A stretch of DNA of 64,000 bases from Squalus acanthias (Eukaryota). The stretch is taken from NCBI GenBank assembly GCA_030390025.1, contig JASTWF010000362.1:248001-312000 (forward strand). The letters are read 5' to 3'. Shown in pieces: positions 1 to 13,803 of the stretch (position 1 is its first letter; every line of letters begins with the position of its first letter). Below the pieces are notes generated by a model. That model was not told the DNA's origin, searched no databases, and saw only the letters and a list, made by a program, of their open reading frames with translations. The translations under genes and the position numbers were made by a program.

Positions 1-302
1 TAGAATCCAAAAACCTATCGATCTCAGGCTTGAATATACTCACAAGATTCACCATCCACAGCCCTTTGGGGTAGAGAATTCCAAAGATTCACAACCCTCT
101 GAGTGAAGAAATTCCTCCGTCTTAAATTTATTTAACCTTAGTCTAGGAAGATTACTATTTTCAGTCATCAGTAGCCACATGGGTACAAAATCTTGTTGGA
201 GAGATTGCTTCTATTGCAGCTCACTTATTATGGGCCTTTAGTGGGCCAGCTGCCAATCCTAACCTGACATTGTTATTGTTCCTCTAAAGACAAGACACTC
301 AC

Positions 303-525
303 CTAGCATTCCTCTCTTCTGCAGTGCTATCCTCTTGCGATCTCTGAGAGGTTAACATGAAAGCCCTGTTTGGAGCAGGTGGATAGTCCTCTTGACCCCA
401 GCTGAATTGTGGTTCTGTGGGTGGAGTTCGTCTCTCCTGTAACAGAATAGGAGAGCGGTCGTGCTGCTCAGACCCTGAGGTGACACTGTCTGAGCGATCT
501 GGGCGCATCACAGGCTTCATCATTC
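303..525 (-). CDS. PRRC2B: PRRC2B coding exon 14 (gene continues beyond window start)
   Basis: MMKPVMRPDRSDSVTSGSEQHDRSPILLQERR...EERNAR; tttcag / AG|GTGAGT; phases 1/2. Confidence 0.9.
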
Positions 526-1479
526 CTGAAAATACAAGAAACAGACCCTTCTTAGAATATAAATGGTTGTATGTGATCGACTGAAAATCAGGAGGACAAT
601 ACTCCCCCTTAACCACTGAATACACAGTGAATGGAGACACAAGATATATTTTGGTTTTTTATGGATCTGCAACTTTTAAGATTTCATGAATTCCCATGAA
701 GTCAAATCTGGTTTTCTTCGCTGCTCCGCCTCAGTTTGTAGGTGAGAGATAACAAATTTTTCTTATGTTTTTTATTTTCCATATCTCTGTAATCTCCTCC
801 AGCCCTATAATAGCCCTAGACCTCTGCGTCTGCCTATTCTGGCCTTCTGAAGATCCCCGATTTGAATCGCTCCACCATTGGCAGTCGTGCCATCAGCTGC
901 CTGGGTCCTAAGCTCTGGAATTCCCTCCCTAAACCTCTTCAGCTCTCTCTCCTCCTTTAAGACGCTCCTACCTCTTTGACCAAGCCTTTGGTCATCTGCC
1001 CTAATGTCTCCTTTTATGGCTCGGTGTCAAATTTAGATTTTTTTTGCTAACACTCCTGTGAAGCTTGGGACGTTTTATTACATTAAAGGCGCTATATAAA
1101 TATAAATTGTTGTTTATTGTTATGAGTGAGTGAGAGGAAGAGAAGGCAGACAGATAGATAGTCAGCCTGCTCCTGTGCATTGTACTGTGGGCTGGAGATC
1201 GGAGGGCAGCTTGCCTGCGATCTCACGTTGCAGTTAGTGGGTGGTCCAGGAAGGTGCAGGGGAAGAAAGAAAAAACTGACACAATCCACATACACCCGTC
1301 CCCTTTTATAAATAGCTCTTTCCGATCAAGTGAGAGCACTGGGTGACCGCCAATCGTGAAACAATCGGCAAATAAGACCTTTCTACTTTACTGCGTAGAA
1401 TTCAGTAGATACGGGAAATTCCATTTCCAGGTTCTACAATATCAGTCACATCACACTAGCAAAGGTCACAGAAGTATGC

Positions 1480-2095
1480 GTCAACCGTGGTTCAGTTGGT
1501 AGCACTCTCGCCTCTGAGTCAGAAGTTTGTGGGTTCAAGTCTCACTCGAGACTTGAGCACAAAAATCTAGACTGATACCAATGTTCCCTCTAATTTCTTT
1601 TGGCGCTGCGCGGGCCATTCAAAATACTGCGCAAGCGCGGTTTTTGCATCGAAAAACCGGCTCACCAGCTGCGCAGGCTCCCTGGAGCACTGGGCAGTCG
1701 CGCAACTTAAAGGGATCATCAGCTGACGCTCCAGTGCAGTGCTGAGGGAGTGCTGCACGGTTGGAGGTGCCGTCTTTCGGATGAGACGTTAAACCGAGGT
1801 CCCGCCTGCTCTCTCGGGTGGACGTAAAAGATCCTGTGGCCAGTATTTCGAGTAAGAGCAGAGGAGTTATCCCCAGTGTCCTGACCAATATTTATCCCTC
1901 AATCCACATCACTAAAACAGATTATCTGGTCATTATCACATTGCTGTTTGTGGGAGCTTGCTGTGCGCAATTGGCTGCCACGTTTCCTACATTACAACAG
2001 TGACTACACTTCAAAAAGTACTTCATTGGCTGTAAAGCGCTTTGTGCCGGTCTGAGGTCATGAAAGGCACTGTAGAAATGCAAGTCTTCCTTTCT
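1480..2095 (+). mobile_element. tRNA-derived Deu-domain SINE (SacSINE1-like)
   Basis: A/B-box head, Deu core gaggtgccgtctttcggatgagacgttaaaccgagg, L2-like tail; contains a MITE. Confidence 0.85.
1579..1721 (+). mobile_element. hAT-type MITE (inside SINE)
   Basis: TIR caatgttccctctaa / ttaaagggatcatca; degenerate 8-bp TSD. Confidence 0.75.
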
Positions 2096-2227
2096 TATGT
2101 TTAACTGACCAAGAATTAACGAGAGACCACTTCTACCCAAATCCATACACGGTCTTTGCTGGGGCAGTGCATAGATCAGATTCCTTTGGTAGGAGAAAAC
2201 ACCACAAAATTGAAATAATATTCTTTA

Positions 2228-2524
<297 letters not shown>

Positions 2525-2678
2525 TTATTCTTTTTAATTGGTGCCCCCTCCATTTTACACGAGAGATTTTCTTTTTGCAAATGCTCACGTTGTCCTGCGC
2601 AAAGCACAAGTCATCCCCGACCAAGGGGGGGGGGGGTGGTCGGACAATCTATCCTACGCAGTTACCGGAGCTCACCAA

Positions 2679-2833
2679 CAATGTGTCCTTTAATTTTTTT
2701 TGGGTGCGCGGCCTCTTTCAGAGGCTGTACGGCCCATTCAAAATACCGCGCGTGTGCGGTTTTTCTCATTTAGAAGCCAGTGAGCTGGCTGCGCGGGAGC
2801 CCCAGAGCGCTGCGCAGCTTAAAGGGAACATTG
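2679..2833 (+). mobile_element. hAT-type MITE
   Basis: TIRs; TSD ctcaccaa/ttccccaa (6 of 8). Confidence 0.8.
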
Positions 2834-3311
2834 TTCCCCAATGTTCTCTCCCTATTTCTGGGGAAGGACTTTGCCTCGGCTTGCTACCTAAACCAATGGT
2901 CTGCCCGAAAGGCACGTACCTTATATATGACCGCAACTAAAGCCATTTTTGATCAGTGACACTGCACTGCAGCCAGTTAACCTTTCGCCCATCAATTCCT
3001 CCAATAAACATTTCCATTTGCTTATACCGTTACAAACAAGAGTGAAAACTACTTAAAGCGGAAAGAAAGTGATGGGGAGTATTGGCTCTTACCAGATATT
3101 TATTTAGATTTTTTTTTTCCAAATCAACTTCCATCACAAACCTCGAGACCAGTGAGTAGTGCCTCCCTCTCTGCTTGACCAGTGCCGTGTAGAGAGGAAC
3201 TACTCGTGGGTCTCCAGATTGCGGTAAATAAGACATCTTTAAAATAAGTGTTGAAGAAATATCTCATCAGAATGTAATTTTCTTTGACAAAAAGAGAAAG
3301 CACTTGAGGGG

Positions 3312-3418
3312 CAATGTTCCCTTTAAGCTGCAAGGCGTGCAGCTGTCTGGACCTCCCGCGCAGCCGGCTCACCGGCTTTTAAATGCAAAAATCACTCAAA
3401 AAATTAGAGGGTACATTG
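3312..3418 (-). mobile_element. hAT-type MITE
   Basis: TIRs; perfect TSD ttgagggg. Confidence 0.85.
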
Positions 3419-3779
3419 TTGAGGGGAGGGGGGAATTCGACCTCTTAAACATTCCTGCTCCTTAAACAGTTTTAAAAGATCATCTTCCAGCAGATGCAAA
3501 TCAAACATTTTTGATCATAAATCTTCCCAAAGGGCACAGGAACATCCAAGTAAGTTGTGCTTTCACAGCTTCACTAAGGAGGCCATTAAACAAACACATG
3601 GAGAAGCGAGGGGTTGACAGGTACATTTTTTACATAGCGTCCATTAGGCTTCAAGACCGCATAGTGGCCGAGTACCTCAAATCAATAGGTTGGCTGAAAC
3701 AAGACGATTCCAAAACCTTTCACTACTTTTTACTGCAACTATGTTACGTTGAGAACAAGACCACTGTTATGCCTATTAA

Positions 3780-4370
3780 GGGGGCCGAAGTTATGCTGCA
3801 GCTATACAAAGCCCTGGTTAGACCACACCTGGAGTGCTGTGTTCAGTTCTGGGCACCACACCTCGGGAAGGATATATTGGCCTTGGAGGGGGTGCAGCGC
3901 AGATTTACCAGAATGATACCTGGACTCCAAGGGATTAAATTACGAGGATGTTTTACACAAACTAGGGTTGTATTCCCTGGAATTTAGAAGGTTATGGGGT
4001 GATCTGATCAAAGTTTTTAAGATATTATGGGGAACTGACAGGGTAGAGAGAGAGAAACTATTTCCGCTGGTTGGGGAGCCTCGGACTAGGGGGACATAGC
4101 CTAAAAATTAGAGCCAGACCTTTCAGGAGTGAAGTTAGGAAACAGTTCTACACACAAAGGGTGGTAGAAGTTTGGAACTCTCTTCCGCAAACAGCAGTTG
4201 ATGCTAGATCAATTGTTAATTTTAAACCTGAGACTGATAGATTTTTGTTAACCAAAGGTATTACGGGATATGGGCCAAAGGCGGGTGTATGGAGTTAGAT
4301 CGCAGATCAGCCGTGAGCTCTTTGACTGGCGGAACAGGCTCGAGGGGCTAAGTGGCCTACTCCTGTTCCT
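3780..4370 (+). mobile_element. CR1 LINE 3' fragment
   Basis: [26 protein letters not shown] and CR1 3'UTR hairpin. Confidence 0.9.
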
Positions 4371-4434
4371 GTGCCCAACCCGAACTTAAATCAGCCAAGT
4401 GTTGAACACCTAGTCTGTTTTTATTGGCAGTTAC

Positions 4435-4613
4435 CTGCTGTTGTCGTTGGAACCTGGGTGGCAGAGACTTGTGGAACTTGCTGTAGTTCTGGATGGGCAG
4501 TGCAGGCTCACTTCCCTGCAAGCTGCTCTCGTCCTCACTTTCAGCACTGGCTGCGGCAACTTCTTTTTTCACCTTGTCCTCAACAGGGAGTTCCAGAGGC
4601 AGCTCACATTTCT
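4435..4613 (-). CDS. PRRC2B: PRRC2B coding exon 12
   Basis: EKCELPLELPVEDKVKKE...NYSKFHKSLPPRFQRQQQ; tttcag / CAG|GTAAC; phases 1/0. Confidence 0.92.
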
Positions 4614-4701
4614 CTGAAATTCATCACAGCAGAAAATCAGCAGTTGCTTAGAAGATTCCACACTCTGGATGGAATACATGACTGGCAGAAATGGAGACAA
4701 C

Positions 4702-4839
4702 TAATGTTCCCTCTTATTATTTTTTTTGGTGCCGCATGGGCCAGTCAAAATACTGCGCGTGTGCGGTTTTTGTATTGAAAAGCCGGCAGGCTGGCTGCGC
4801 GGATTCCCTGGAGCGCTGCACAGCTTAAAAGGAACATTG
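4702..4839 (+). mobile_element. hAT-type MITE
   Basis: TIRs; perfect TSD gagacaac. Confidence 0.85.
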
Positions 4840-5725
4840 GAGACAACATTCCTCGGAATATTCCTCCGATTTCCCCTCATAAAACCCAGCTTACTCTCCC
4901 CACCCAAAGTCAAGATACTAGTACTATATATGAAATGGACATTCCACTGGCTCCCTAACTCCCAACATTAATTTGAGAATCCTTGCCCCCACCACCTTCA
5001 AATCCCTCCAAGGACCCTACTTCTGCAGCCCTCATGTCCCACAGATTGCAGCACCTGTGTTGGTGGCATTACCAGTCCCTGCTGCTCTTCTGACTCGGGT
5101 CTACAACACGACCACCCCCCCCCCCACTGCCATCCTCATTCCTCCACTCCGCTATCTGTGGCACAGCCTTCAGCCTCTATGCGTCATACTCTGGCGGTCT
5201 CTCTCTAAACCTCTTCCCCTCGCTGCCACCTTCTCAAGACCTACCCCACTGACTGCGCCCTTAGCCACCCTCCCTAAATTTCCTGCTTGGGTGTCTGCTC
5301 CCCCTGTAAAGTGCCTTGGGGCATTTCCTTCTGCGAAAGGCACTGTTATAAAAAGTAGCTGAAACTCTGGGTGGACATATCTGAGGTTTGATTGCAGCAT
5401 CAGTCCTTGTCACATAAGATAATCGCCCCATAATGGCAGTGTTGAGATACTTATGAATCTGGGACAAGGAAGCTGATCTAGATTAATCTGCAATGCTTTT
5501 TCTTTCAGTATGCAAGTCACACACAAATTTCTCGAGGTTATTTCGTTAATGGCTGATTCACTAATTGTGGTAAACTTTATACTTCCATTTAAGCGAAGTT
5601 GCCATTTTTGACCCAATAACCCAATCTAAATCTCTCAAAATAACGCTTGGTGTAAGTGCACGACAAAATGCAGCAAGATTTGATGATTCTGATTAAACAT
5701 ATAATTACACAACAATTTTGAACAC

Positions 5726-6098
5726 AAGAACATAAGAAATAGGGGCAGGAGTAGGCCATACGGCCCCTCAAGCCTGCTCCGACATTTAATAAGATCACAG
5801 CTGATCTTCGACCTCAGCTCCACTTTCCCGCCCGATCCCCATATCCCTTAATTCCCCATGAGTCCAAAAATCTATCTCAATATACTCAACAACTCAGCCT
5901 CCACAGCCCTCTGGGGGAGAAAATTCCAAAGATTCACAACCCTCTATGAGTGAAGAAATTCCTCCTCATCTTAGTCCTAAATGACCGACCCCTTATCCTG
6001 AGACTATGACCCCTAGTTCTAGACTCTCCAGCCAGGAGAAACATCCTCTCAGCATCTACCCTGTCAATCCCCCTCAGAATCTGATATGTTTCAATGAG
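5726..6098 (-). mobile_element. CR1 LINE 3' fragment
   Basis: RTRGHSLRIRG..FFT and 3'UTR; similar short pieces at 1-120, 7140-7455, 27943-28168 and 30505-30682. Confidence 0.88.
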
Positions 6099-6218
6099 AA
6101 CTAACAAGGTTGAAGGAGAAGATTTCCTACAACCGATCAGTAAAACTATCTGCATTTCATTAAGAGTTATGGCTTCATTACCAATTAAACAAAAAAATCT
6201 TTCAAATCCAGTTTCTCA

Positions 6219-6659
<441 letters not shown>

Positions 6660-7493
6660 TCAATAATCGCGTAGCCAGCCATTAACCTTGCTTTGTCCAG
6701 TCTGAATCCCTTTCCTCCTACCACTCTGCAAACTTAGGCTTCAACAGTGCATGGCAAGGAGGGCTTGAACCCAACCTACAAATTTTCCAACCCTTGTGTG
6801 ACTTTTTCATTGTTGAAAAAACAGTAACTAGTTTCTTTCTAGATTATGCACACAGATAAGCAGCCATTCTTCAGCAAGAATGCTAAATAAACTGACTCGC
6901 GGTAAAGGAAAATTCAGGATACAAAGGGGTTCAAAATTTGAGAAAGTAATAAAAAGGCAACCAAAGAGTTTGAGTGTCACTCTAAGTCAGATCTGGAATC
7001 TGCTGCCATCTGGTTAGAGCCCAATCTTCTGCCATTGGTCTTCCCTGGGTGAGCCAACAATATACAACTGGCTTTTCAATCAAGTTCCCTGCATTAAATG
7101 CTCCTTAATAAGACTGCTGTGTATATACACATCTGACCATGATGGTAAACCTTTATAAATCACTGGTTAGGCCCCAGCTGGAGTATTGTGTCTAATTCTG
7201 GGCCCCGCACTTTAGGAAGGATGTCAAGGCCTTGGAGAGGGTGCGGAGGAGATTTACTAGAATGGTACCAGGGATGAGGGACTTCAGTTATGTGGAGGGA
7301 CTAGAGAAGCGGGGATTGTTCTCCTTAGAGCAGAGAAAGTTAAGGGGAGATTTAATAGAGGCGTTCAAAATTATGAAGGTTTTTGATAGAGTAGATAGGG
7401 AGAAATTGTTTCCACTGGCAGGAGGGTCGGTAACCAGAGGGCACAGATTTAAGATAACATGAAACACAAATCGGTGAAGTGAACTGAAAGTAC

Positions 7494-7677
7494 CCTTGTC
7501 TCAGCAGTAGATAAACCAGATAGGTTCCACCGTGGCTCAGGATCTTGCAGGCCATGGCTTGGCTGGCTGGAGGTTAATGGGTTACTCCAAATGGATTCAC
7601 CACACATGGAGGGCTCCATCTTTGTTTCAAGCTTAGCATTTAACGAGCGCTGGCGTGCCATTTTCATGTCCCTTTCC
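7494..7677 (-). CDS. PRRC2B: PRRC2B coding exon 10
   Basis: ERDMKMARQRSLNAKLETK...STAETR; ctctag acceptor, weak AGG|GTACTT donor; phases 2/0 fit both neighbours. Confidence 0.78.
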
Positions 7678-8374
7678 CTAGAGGGTAGAAAGTATTTGAG
7701 TGTTAATCCATTGCTTCATGTCCATGCACGTACTGCAAATAAGACAGCTCCAGTGTAACAACTCCCAGTTACAACTTATTCCTCCTCAATCAGCATTAGA
7801 GATGGACTAATACACATACCTGAACAACAACTTGTATTTGTAGAGGTGTAATCAAAAAAATAACAGACGCGGAGCCAAAGGAGATAGGAGGAAGGATGTC
7901 CTTGGTGACTTTGTTCTGGGCTATTTCAGTGCGGTGGGAAGGCTAGAAACCCAATTGGAGGGATTCAAACGGGGAATTGTGGTAGCGATGGGCACGGATC
8001 TGGGAGGCAACAACATGCTCAAAGACTTCGCGAGGAAAGGGATGTTGGAGATGGGACTGTGGCTCGCAAGGGTTTTTTTTTGTAGGGGGCGACATTGCTG
8101 GTGGATTTAAAGGGCCTGTGGAGAGGGAACCGTTTGCATCAGCTAGTCTGAGGGCCAAGGAAGGGAAGTTGGGCGGCTTAATGGGAATGGAGTCGAGGCT
8201 GTACTTCATTGGCTGCATTGCACTTTGAGATATCCTGAGGTCATGAAAAAGCTATATAAATGCAAGTCTTTCTTTCGATCAGAAAAGATGAGTGAAGAAC
8301 ATTTTTATTCACTGATTCATGAAATGTTTAAAGAGAAAACAATCAAGGTTTCCGGTTGCAATCACTATTCTAGA

Positions 8375-8512
8375 TAATGTTCCCTCCTAATTTTTTTTGG
8401 GTGGGGGGGTTTTGAGGTCCATTCAAAGTTTTGCGTACGCGCGAAATTTCACAGTTGAAAAGCCGGTCCCGCGCAGACAGTTGTGCGGCCGTGCAGCTTA
8501 GAGGGAACGTGG
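8375..8512 (+). mobile_element. hAT-type MITE
   Basis: TIRs; TSD attctaga/attctagg; 20 bp from the end of exon 9. Confidence 0.8.
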
Positions 8513-8532
8513 ATTCTAGGGATAACACGCAC

Positions 8533-8620
8533 CATTTCTCTTTTCTCTCTCTCGACGTTTCTTCATCTTCGTCATCACTGAATTTCAGCTTTTCTGAATA
8601 GTCCACTTCCTCGTGTTCAC
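8533..8620 (-). CDS. PRRC2B: PRRC2B coding exon 9
   Basis: EHEEVDYSEKLKFSDDEDEETSRERKEK (conserved HEEVDYSEKLKFSD); phases 1/2. Confidence 0.95.
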
Positions 8621-9571
8621 CTGAATAAAAGAAAAAAGAGACAGGATCAAGATCGCACTTCACAGAGAATGGACTTCCACATTCAAACATCCCCTACAAA
8701 ACACCAGAACAAAAAAAAGGGGCTTTCTAAAATCTGCCAGAATGATTGTTCCACAGTACTCTTCCCTACGATATCCTATGTACAAAGTGAACTGGTAAAA
8801 GATATAGTAGAGGATGTATATGAAGCACAATCTAGGATAGGGCAGACCTTCCTGACAAATTCATAGGCTTCTCCATCAGCTCGCCTACAGAGATTGCAGA
8901 TCGACAGCTAGGAATTAAAAAACTGTACTTTTGACAAAGTGCCTGGAACAGATAATCACATCCTGAGAATACAGCAAGGCAGTGGAGATGTACTTCTGAA
9001 CCATCTTAATATTTTTACTAGTGCAAAGCACACCATGGGCTGGTGAAATAGCAACATTACCATCAGCACTCGGGACACTTCAATCAACTCAAAGTACAAG
9101 TCCTGTGTTGTTAGAAAATCGTTTTTTTTTTAATACTCAAAATGGGTTGTGTTTAGCTGACACAATTAAGTTTCTAGCACTTTTGGAACAATCATAAAAT
9201 CAGGAGCGCACTGAAGAAGAAATGTTGCCTTAATAATCCTCGGCTGGAGGTGTCTAAAGTGCATCCTGTGGGTCCCGTACAGTCCTGAGCCCTGGGACTG
9301 CAGGCCACAAGGCCCAAGCGACTCGGTCCCCTCTGTGGTTTTAGTTCTTATTCACTGGTTTGACCGGTTTGTGGGCCTGGAGGTCTGCTGTTAGGACTTT
9401 CCCATCAATGAGGTAACAGCGTTAAGTCAGAACACCAAGATCTGTTAGAATCAGCAACTTCAGACATATACAAATTAAATGGTACAATTAATTTTAATTC
9501 TATTGTAGCTACCCAACCCTCCAGGGACACGCCTGCTGGACATCTCTACAGATTTTCAGACACCTAACCAT

Positions 9572-9679
9572 CAATGCTCCCTCTTTTTTTTGGGCACACG
9601 GCCCCCTTTAAAAGCCAGTAAGCCGGCTGCACGGGACCTCCAGAGCGCTGCGCGGCCACGCAGCTTAAAGGGAACATTG
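9572..9679 (+). mobile_element. hAT-type MITE
   Basis: TIRs; TSD ctaaccat/ctatccaa. Confidence 0.8.
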
Positions 9680-9899
9680 CTATCCAAGCACTGCACTGCC
9701 GAGCATCCTCTATCCATACAAGGATGTTAATTAGAAATACATTGCAAAACAAGTCAACTGGGAAATCAGTTATTTCCTGTAACTCAAATACCACAAACGC
9801 ACCTCACACATAGTGCTGGGTTAAAGCTGGAGGAACTTGTGCGATTTGCTCCCCTCTTCCAAAAAAAGGACTGGTGCTTTAATTGTGTTAGACTCTCAC

Positions 9900-10060
9900 C
9901 TGCCCATCCATCTTCTGTTTCAATGTCCAGCTGATCCAGTTCTTTGAGGTCGTCAGGATTTATGATGGCGGGCCGATCGGTAGGCTCACCTGGTCGCCGC
10001 GCAGGCCTAACAGGGCGCGTAGGACGAGACACTCCCCGGGGATACCTGCGAACAACCACG
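9900..10060 (-). CDS. PRRC2B: PRRC2B coding exon 8
   Basis: VVVRRYPRGVSRPTRP...RPAIINPDDLKELDQLDIETEDGWA; ttcccag acceptor (alternative in-frame exon start at 10045), G|GTGAG donor; phases 2/1. Confidence 0.92.
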
Positions 10061-10387
10061 CTGGGAATTAAAAGGATGGATCATCCACACAGCTAGGACT
10101 CGCGCTTCCTATATCACAGACGGAAAGGATCAACAACCTGCGGCATAGGGGAAGCTGCAAGTCGGAGTGCAAAATATAACCTCTGCCCCTCGCCATACTC
10201 CATCAATTTTACACAGAATGCTACTTTCATTGAAACAAGCATGCCGTTTGGACAATGGGACCTTACGCTGCAGTCAGAATGCCCTGTAGTTCATCACTAT
10301 ACAAGTTCAATCCCACAATATATTTTGTATTAATAGATCATGGTTAAAACAATTGTGAAATTGCCCAATTTAGCAGTGGCTGCAAAT

Positions 10388-10997
10388 GAACATAGGAACA
10401 GGAGGAGGCCATTCAGCCCCTCGAGCCTGTTCCACCATTCAATGAGATCATGGCTGATCTGCGATCTAACTCCATACACCCGCCTTTGGTTCATATCCCT
10501 TAATACCTTTGGTTAACAAAAAGCTATCAATCTCCGATTTGAAATTAACAATTGATCTAGCATCAATTGCCGTTTGCGGAAGAGAGTTCCAAACTTCTAC
10601 CACCCTTTGTGTGTGGAAGTGTTTCCTAATTTCACTCCTGAAAGGTCTGGCTCTAATTTTTAGACTATGCTCCCCTAGTCCTAGACTCCCCAACCAGCGG
10701 AAATAGTTTCTCTCTCTACCCTATCTGTTCCTCTTATTATCCTGAAAACTTCAATCAGATCACCCCTGAACCTTCTAAATTCTAGGGAATACAACCCTAA
10801 TTTGTGTAATCTCTCCTCGTAACTTAACCCCTGGAGTCCGGGTATCATCCTGGTAAACCTACGCTGCACTCCCTCCAAGGCCAATATATCCTTCCTAAGG
10901 TGTGGTGCCCAGAACTGCTCACAGTACTCCAGGTGTGGTCTAACCAGGGCTTTGCACAGCTGCAGCATAACTTCTACCCTCCTTGTACTCTAGTCCT
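10388..10997 (-). mobile_element. CR1 LINE 3' fragment
   Basis: Same subfamily as 3780-4370, opposite orientation. Confidence 0.9.
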
Positions 10998-11071
10998 CAA
11001 ATGATTTAATAAAATCGTAGATTCCATACCATAATAATATAAATAGACTTAATTGCAAACATCCTTCTTAC

Positions 11072-11166
11072 CTAATTGGCTCCGGTGGCTGGAACGGATA
11101 CTGTAAGGATCCTTGTGGACCCAGGATTGGCGTCGGCTGAGGTCCCCGTGATTGTGGCGCACACAT
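11072..11166 (-). CDS. PRRC2B: PRRC2B coding exon 7
   Basis: MCAPQSRGPQPTPILGPQGSLQYPFQPPEPI; ctgcag / AG|GTAAG; phases 0/2. Confidence 0.85.
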
Positions 11167-12159
11167 CTGCAGCAAAAATAAATCATTTTCAATTCCAGAC
11201 ATTGGCAATGAGGTGATTTACAGACGGAAGCAGCCCTTAAGAATGAACAATCCCCTCCCACCGAGAGAGAACAATACCCCCAATGTTCCTGAGGTAAACA
11301 GCAACCCCCACCCAACTAAGAGTGAAAAGGATAAATCCCCCCCCCCCCCCAAACCCACTGAGGGCGAAGAAACCTCCCCAAATCACGAATTAAGTTGCGA
11401 GAAAAAGCTTTTTAAAAGTTGCAGCTTGTTTCCTTTGGAAAATAGGCGAATTGAAGCTTTAAGATTATGAAGGGAGCCGAAGGGCTCAAATACCAGAGGG
11501 CATTAAGTTAAAGGCGAGGACACTGAAAAATGTCAGCAGAACTATTCCACTCAAAAGATAAGAGTTGTGGATTAAGTCGCCAGAAGGCCACTCGAGTATA
11601 AATGAGTTCAAGATGCAACAGGATGAATTCTGGAGAAAGGAGAGACTTGTTGGACCTAATGACCGTTGCCTATTCCTAAAGAGTTTGCGTTTTTCTAAAA
11701 CTTCCCCCAAATAAGTTTGTGGCTCTACATCTTACAAAGCAACTGCTCCCGATTATCTCTTCTAACCTTGGGGTGAAATGTTAATAAGCATCAGCTGAAC
11801 AGACATTTACGTGAAAACAACTGTTACTGTCTCTGGCATCACAAAGCACAAGCTATATCCTTTCCTACGACAGGAACAAAGTGTTCTCACTGGGTTTAGT
11901 GAACTATTTAGCACCAACACTCTAATGCCATGCCAGTTCGCAGTGAGCTACCAACCTTTTTAAATTGCTTCCAACGTGACTAGACCTGCACCCGTGCTGC
12001 TGTTAGCTCAAAATGCTCTGTCCAGAGACAATCCCAGTTTGGAAAGGACAAAGAGCTATAATTGCATTGTTCCATAGTTCTAGTGGAACTAGTCTGAAAA
12101 TTTCACATGCCCATTTTGCTTTACTGAAATCCTAGTGAGAGCAATGAAGCAACTCTGTA

Positions 12160-13218
12160 TCTCAGAAGGAAGCAGAGGGTAATGATTGATGGGTGTTTTT
12201 GTGACTGGAAGGCTGTTTCCAGTGGGGTTCCGCAGGGCTCAGTACTAGGTCCCTTGGTTTTTGTGGTATATATCAATGATCTAAACTTGAATATAGGGGA
12301 TATGATTAAGAAGTTTGCAGATGATACTAAAATCGGCTGTGTGGTTGATACTAAAGAAGGAAGCTGTAGACTGCAGGAAGATATCAATAAATTGGTCAGG
12401 TGGACAGAACAGTGGCAAATGGAATTCAATCCGGAGAAGTGTGAGTTAATGCATTTGGGGAGGGCTAACAAGGAAAGGGAATACACATTAAATGGTAGGA
12501 CACTGAGTAGTGTAGAGGAACAAAGGGACCTTGGAGTGCATGTCCACGGATCCCTGAAGGTAGCAGGCCAAATTGATAAGGTGGTTAAGAAGGCATATGG
12601 AATGCTTGCCTTTATTAGCCGTGGCATAGAATACAAGCTTGTGATTTCAAATAAAACTGTTGGACTATAACCTGGTGTTGTGCGACTTCTCATAGAATAC
12701 AAGAGCAGGAAAGATGTGATTGCACTAGAGAGGGTACAGAGGAGATTTACAAGGATGTTGCCGGGAGTAGAGAATCTTAGCTATGAGGAAAGACTGGATA
12801 GGCTGGGTCCTTTTTCCCTTGGAACAGAGGAGGCTGAGGGGAGACCTTATTGAGGTGTATAAAATTATGAGGGGCATAGATAAAGTGGATAGAAAGGACC
12901 TATTTCCCTTAGTAGAGGGGGCAAAAATCAGGGGGCACAGATTTAAAGTAATTGGGGGAAGGTTTAGAGGGGATTTGAGGGGAAATTTCTTCACCCAGAG
13001 GGTTGTGGGGGTCTGGAACTCACTGCCTGAAAGGGTGGTAGAGGCAGGAACCCGAACCACATTTAAAAAGTACTTGGATGTGCACTTGGGATGCTGTAAC
13101 CTGCAGGGCTACGGACATAGAGCTGGGAAGTGGGATTAGGCTGGATAGCTCTTTGTTGGCCGGCGCGGACACGATGGGCCTGAAATGGCCTCCTTCCGTG
13201 CTGTAACTTTCTATGATT
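12160..13218 (+). mobile_element. CR1 LINE RT/3' fragment
   Basis: GVPQGSVLGP and KFADDTK motifs; tail ttctatgatt. Confidence 0.93.
12638..12690 (+). mobile_element. 53-bp Penelope-like fragment inside CR1
   Basis: Identical to 54208-54260; TSD catagaatacaag at 12625-12637 and 12691-12703. Confidence 0.85.
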
Positions 13219-13803
13219 GTAGGTTGTGAGTTCAAGTTCCACTCCAGAGACCTGAGCACTAAAGTCTAGGTTGACACTCCAGCGCAGTACTGAGGGACAA
13301 TGTTCCCTCTAATTTTGTTTGGCCCTGCGCGGCCCCTTTAAGGGGTTGCGTGAGCCAAAGTACCGCGCATGCGCGGTTTTTGTACTGAAAAGCCGGCTGC
13401 GCGGGTTCCCTGAAGCATTGCATAATCGCGCAGTTTACAGGGAACATTGCTGAGGGAGTGCTGCACTGTCGGAGGTGCTGTCTTTCGGATAAGACGTTAA
13501 ACCGAGGCCCTGTCTGCCCTCTCAGGTGCACATAAAAGATCCCATGGCCACTATTTCGAAGAAGAGCAGGGGAGTTCTCCCCGGTGTCCTGGTCAATATT
13601 TATCCCTCAATCAACATCACTAAAACAGATTATCTGATCATTATCACATTGCTGTTTGTGGGAGCTTGCTGTGCGCAAATTGGCTGCCGCGTTTCCCACA
13701 TTACAACAGGGACTACACTTCAAAAAGTACTTCATTGGCTGTAAAGTGATTTGGGACGCCCAGTGGTCGTGAAAGGCGCTATATAAATGCAAGTCTTTCT
13801 TTT
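13219..13803 (+). mobile_element. Deu-domain SINE
   Basis: Same family, 5' truncated, contains a MITE. Confidence 0.85.
13298..13449 (+). mobile_element. hAT-type MITE (inside SINE)
   Basis: TIRs caatgttccctctaa / ttacagggaacattg; perfect TSD ctgaggga. Confidence 0.88.
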
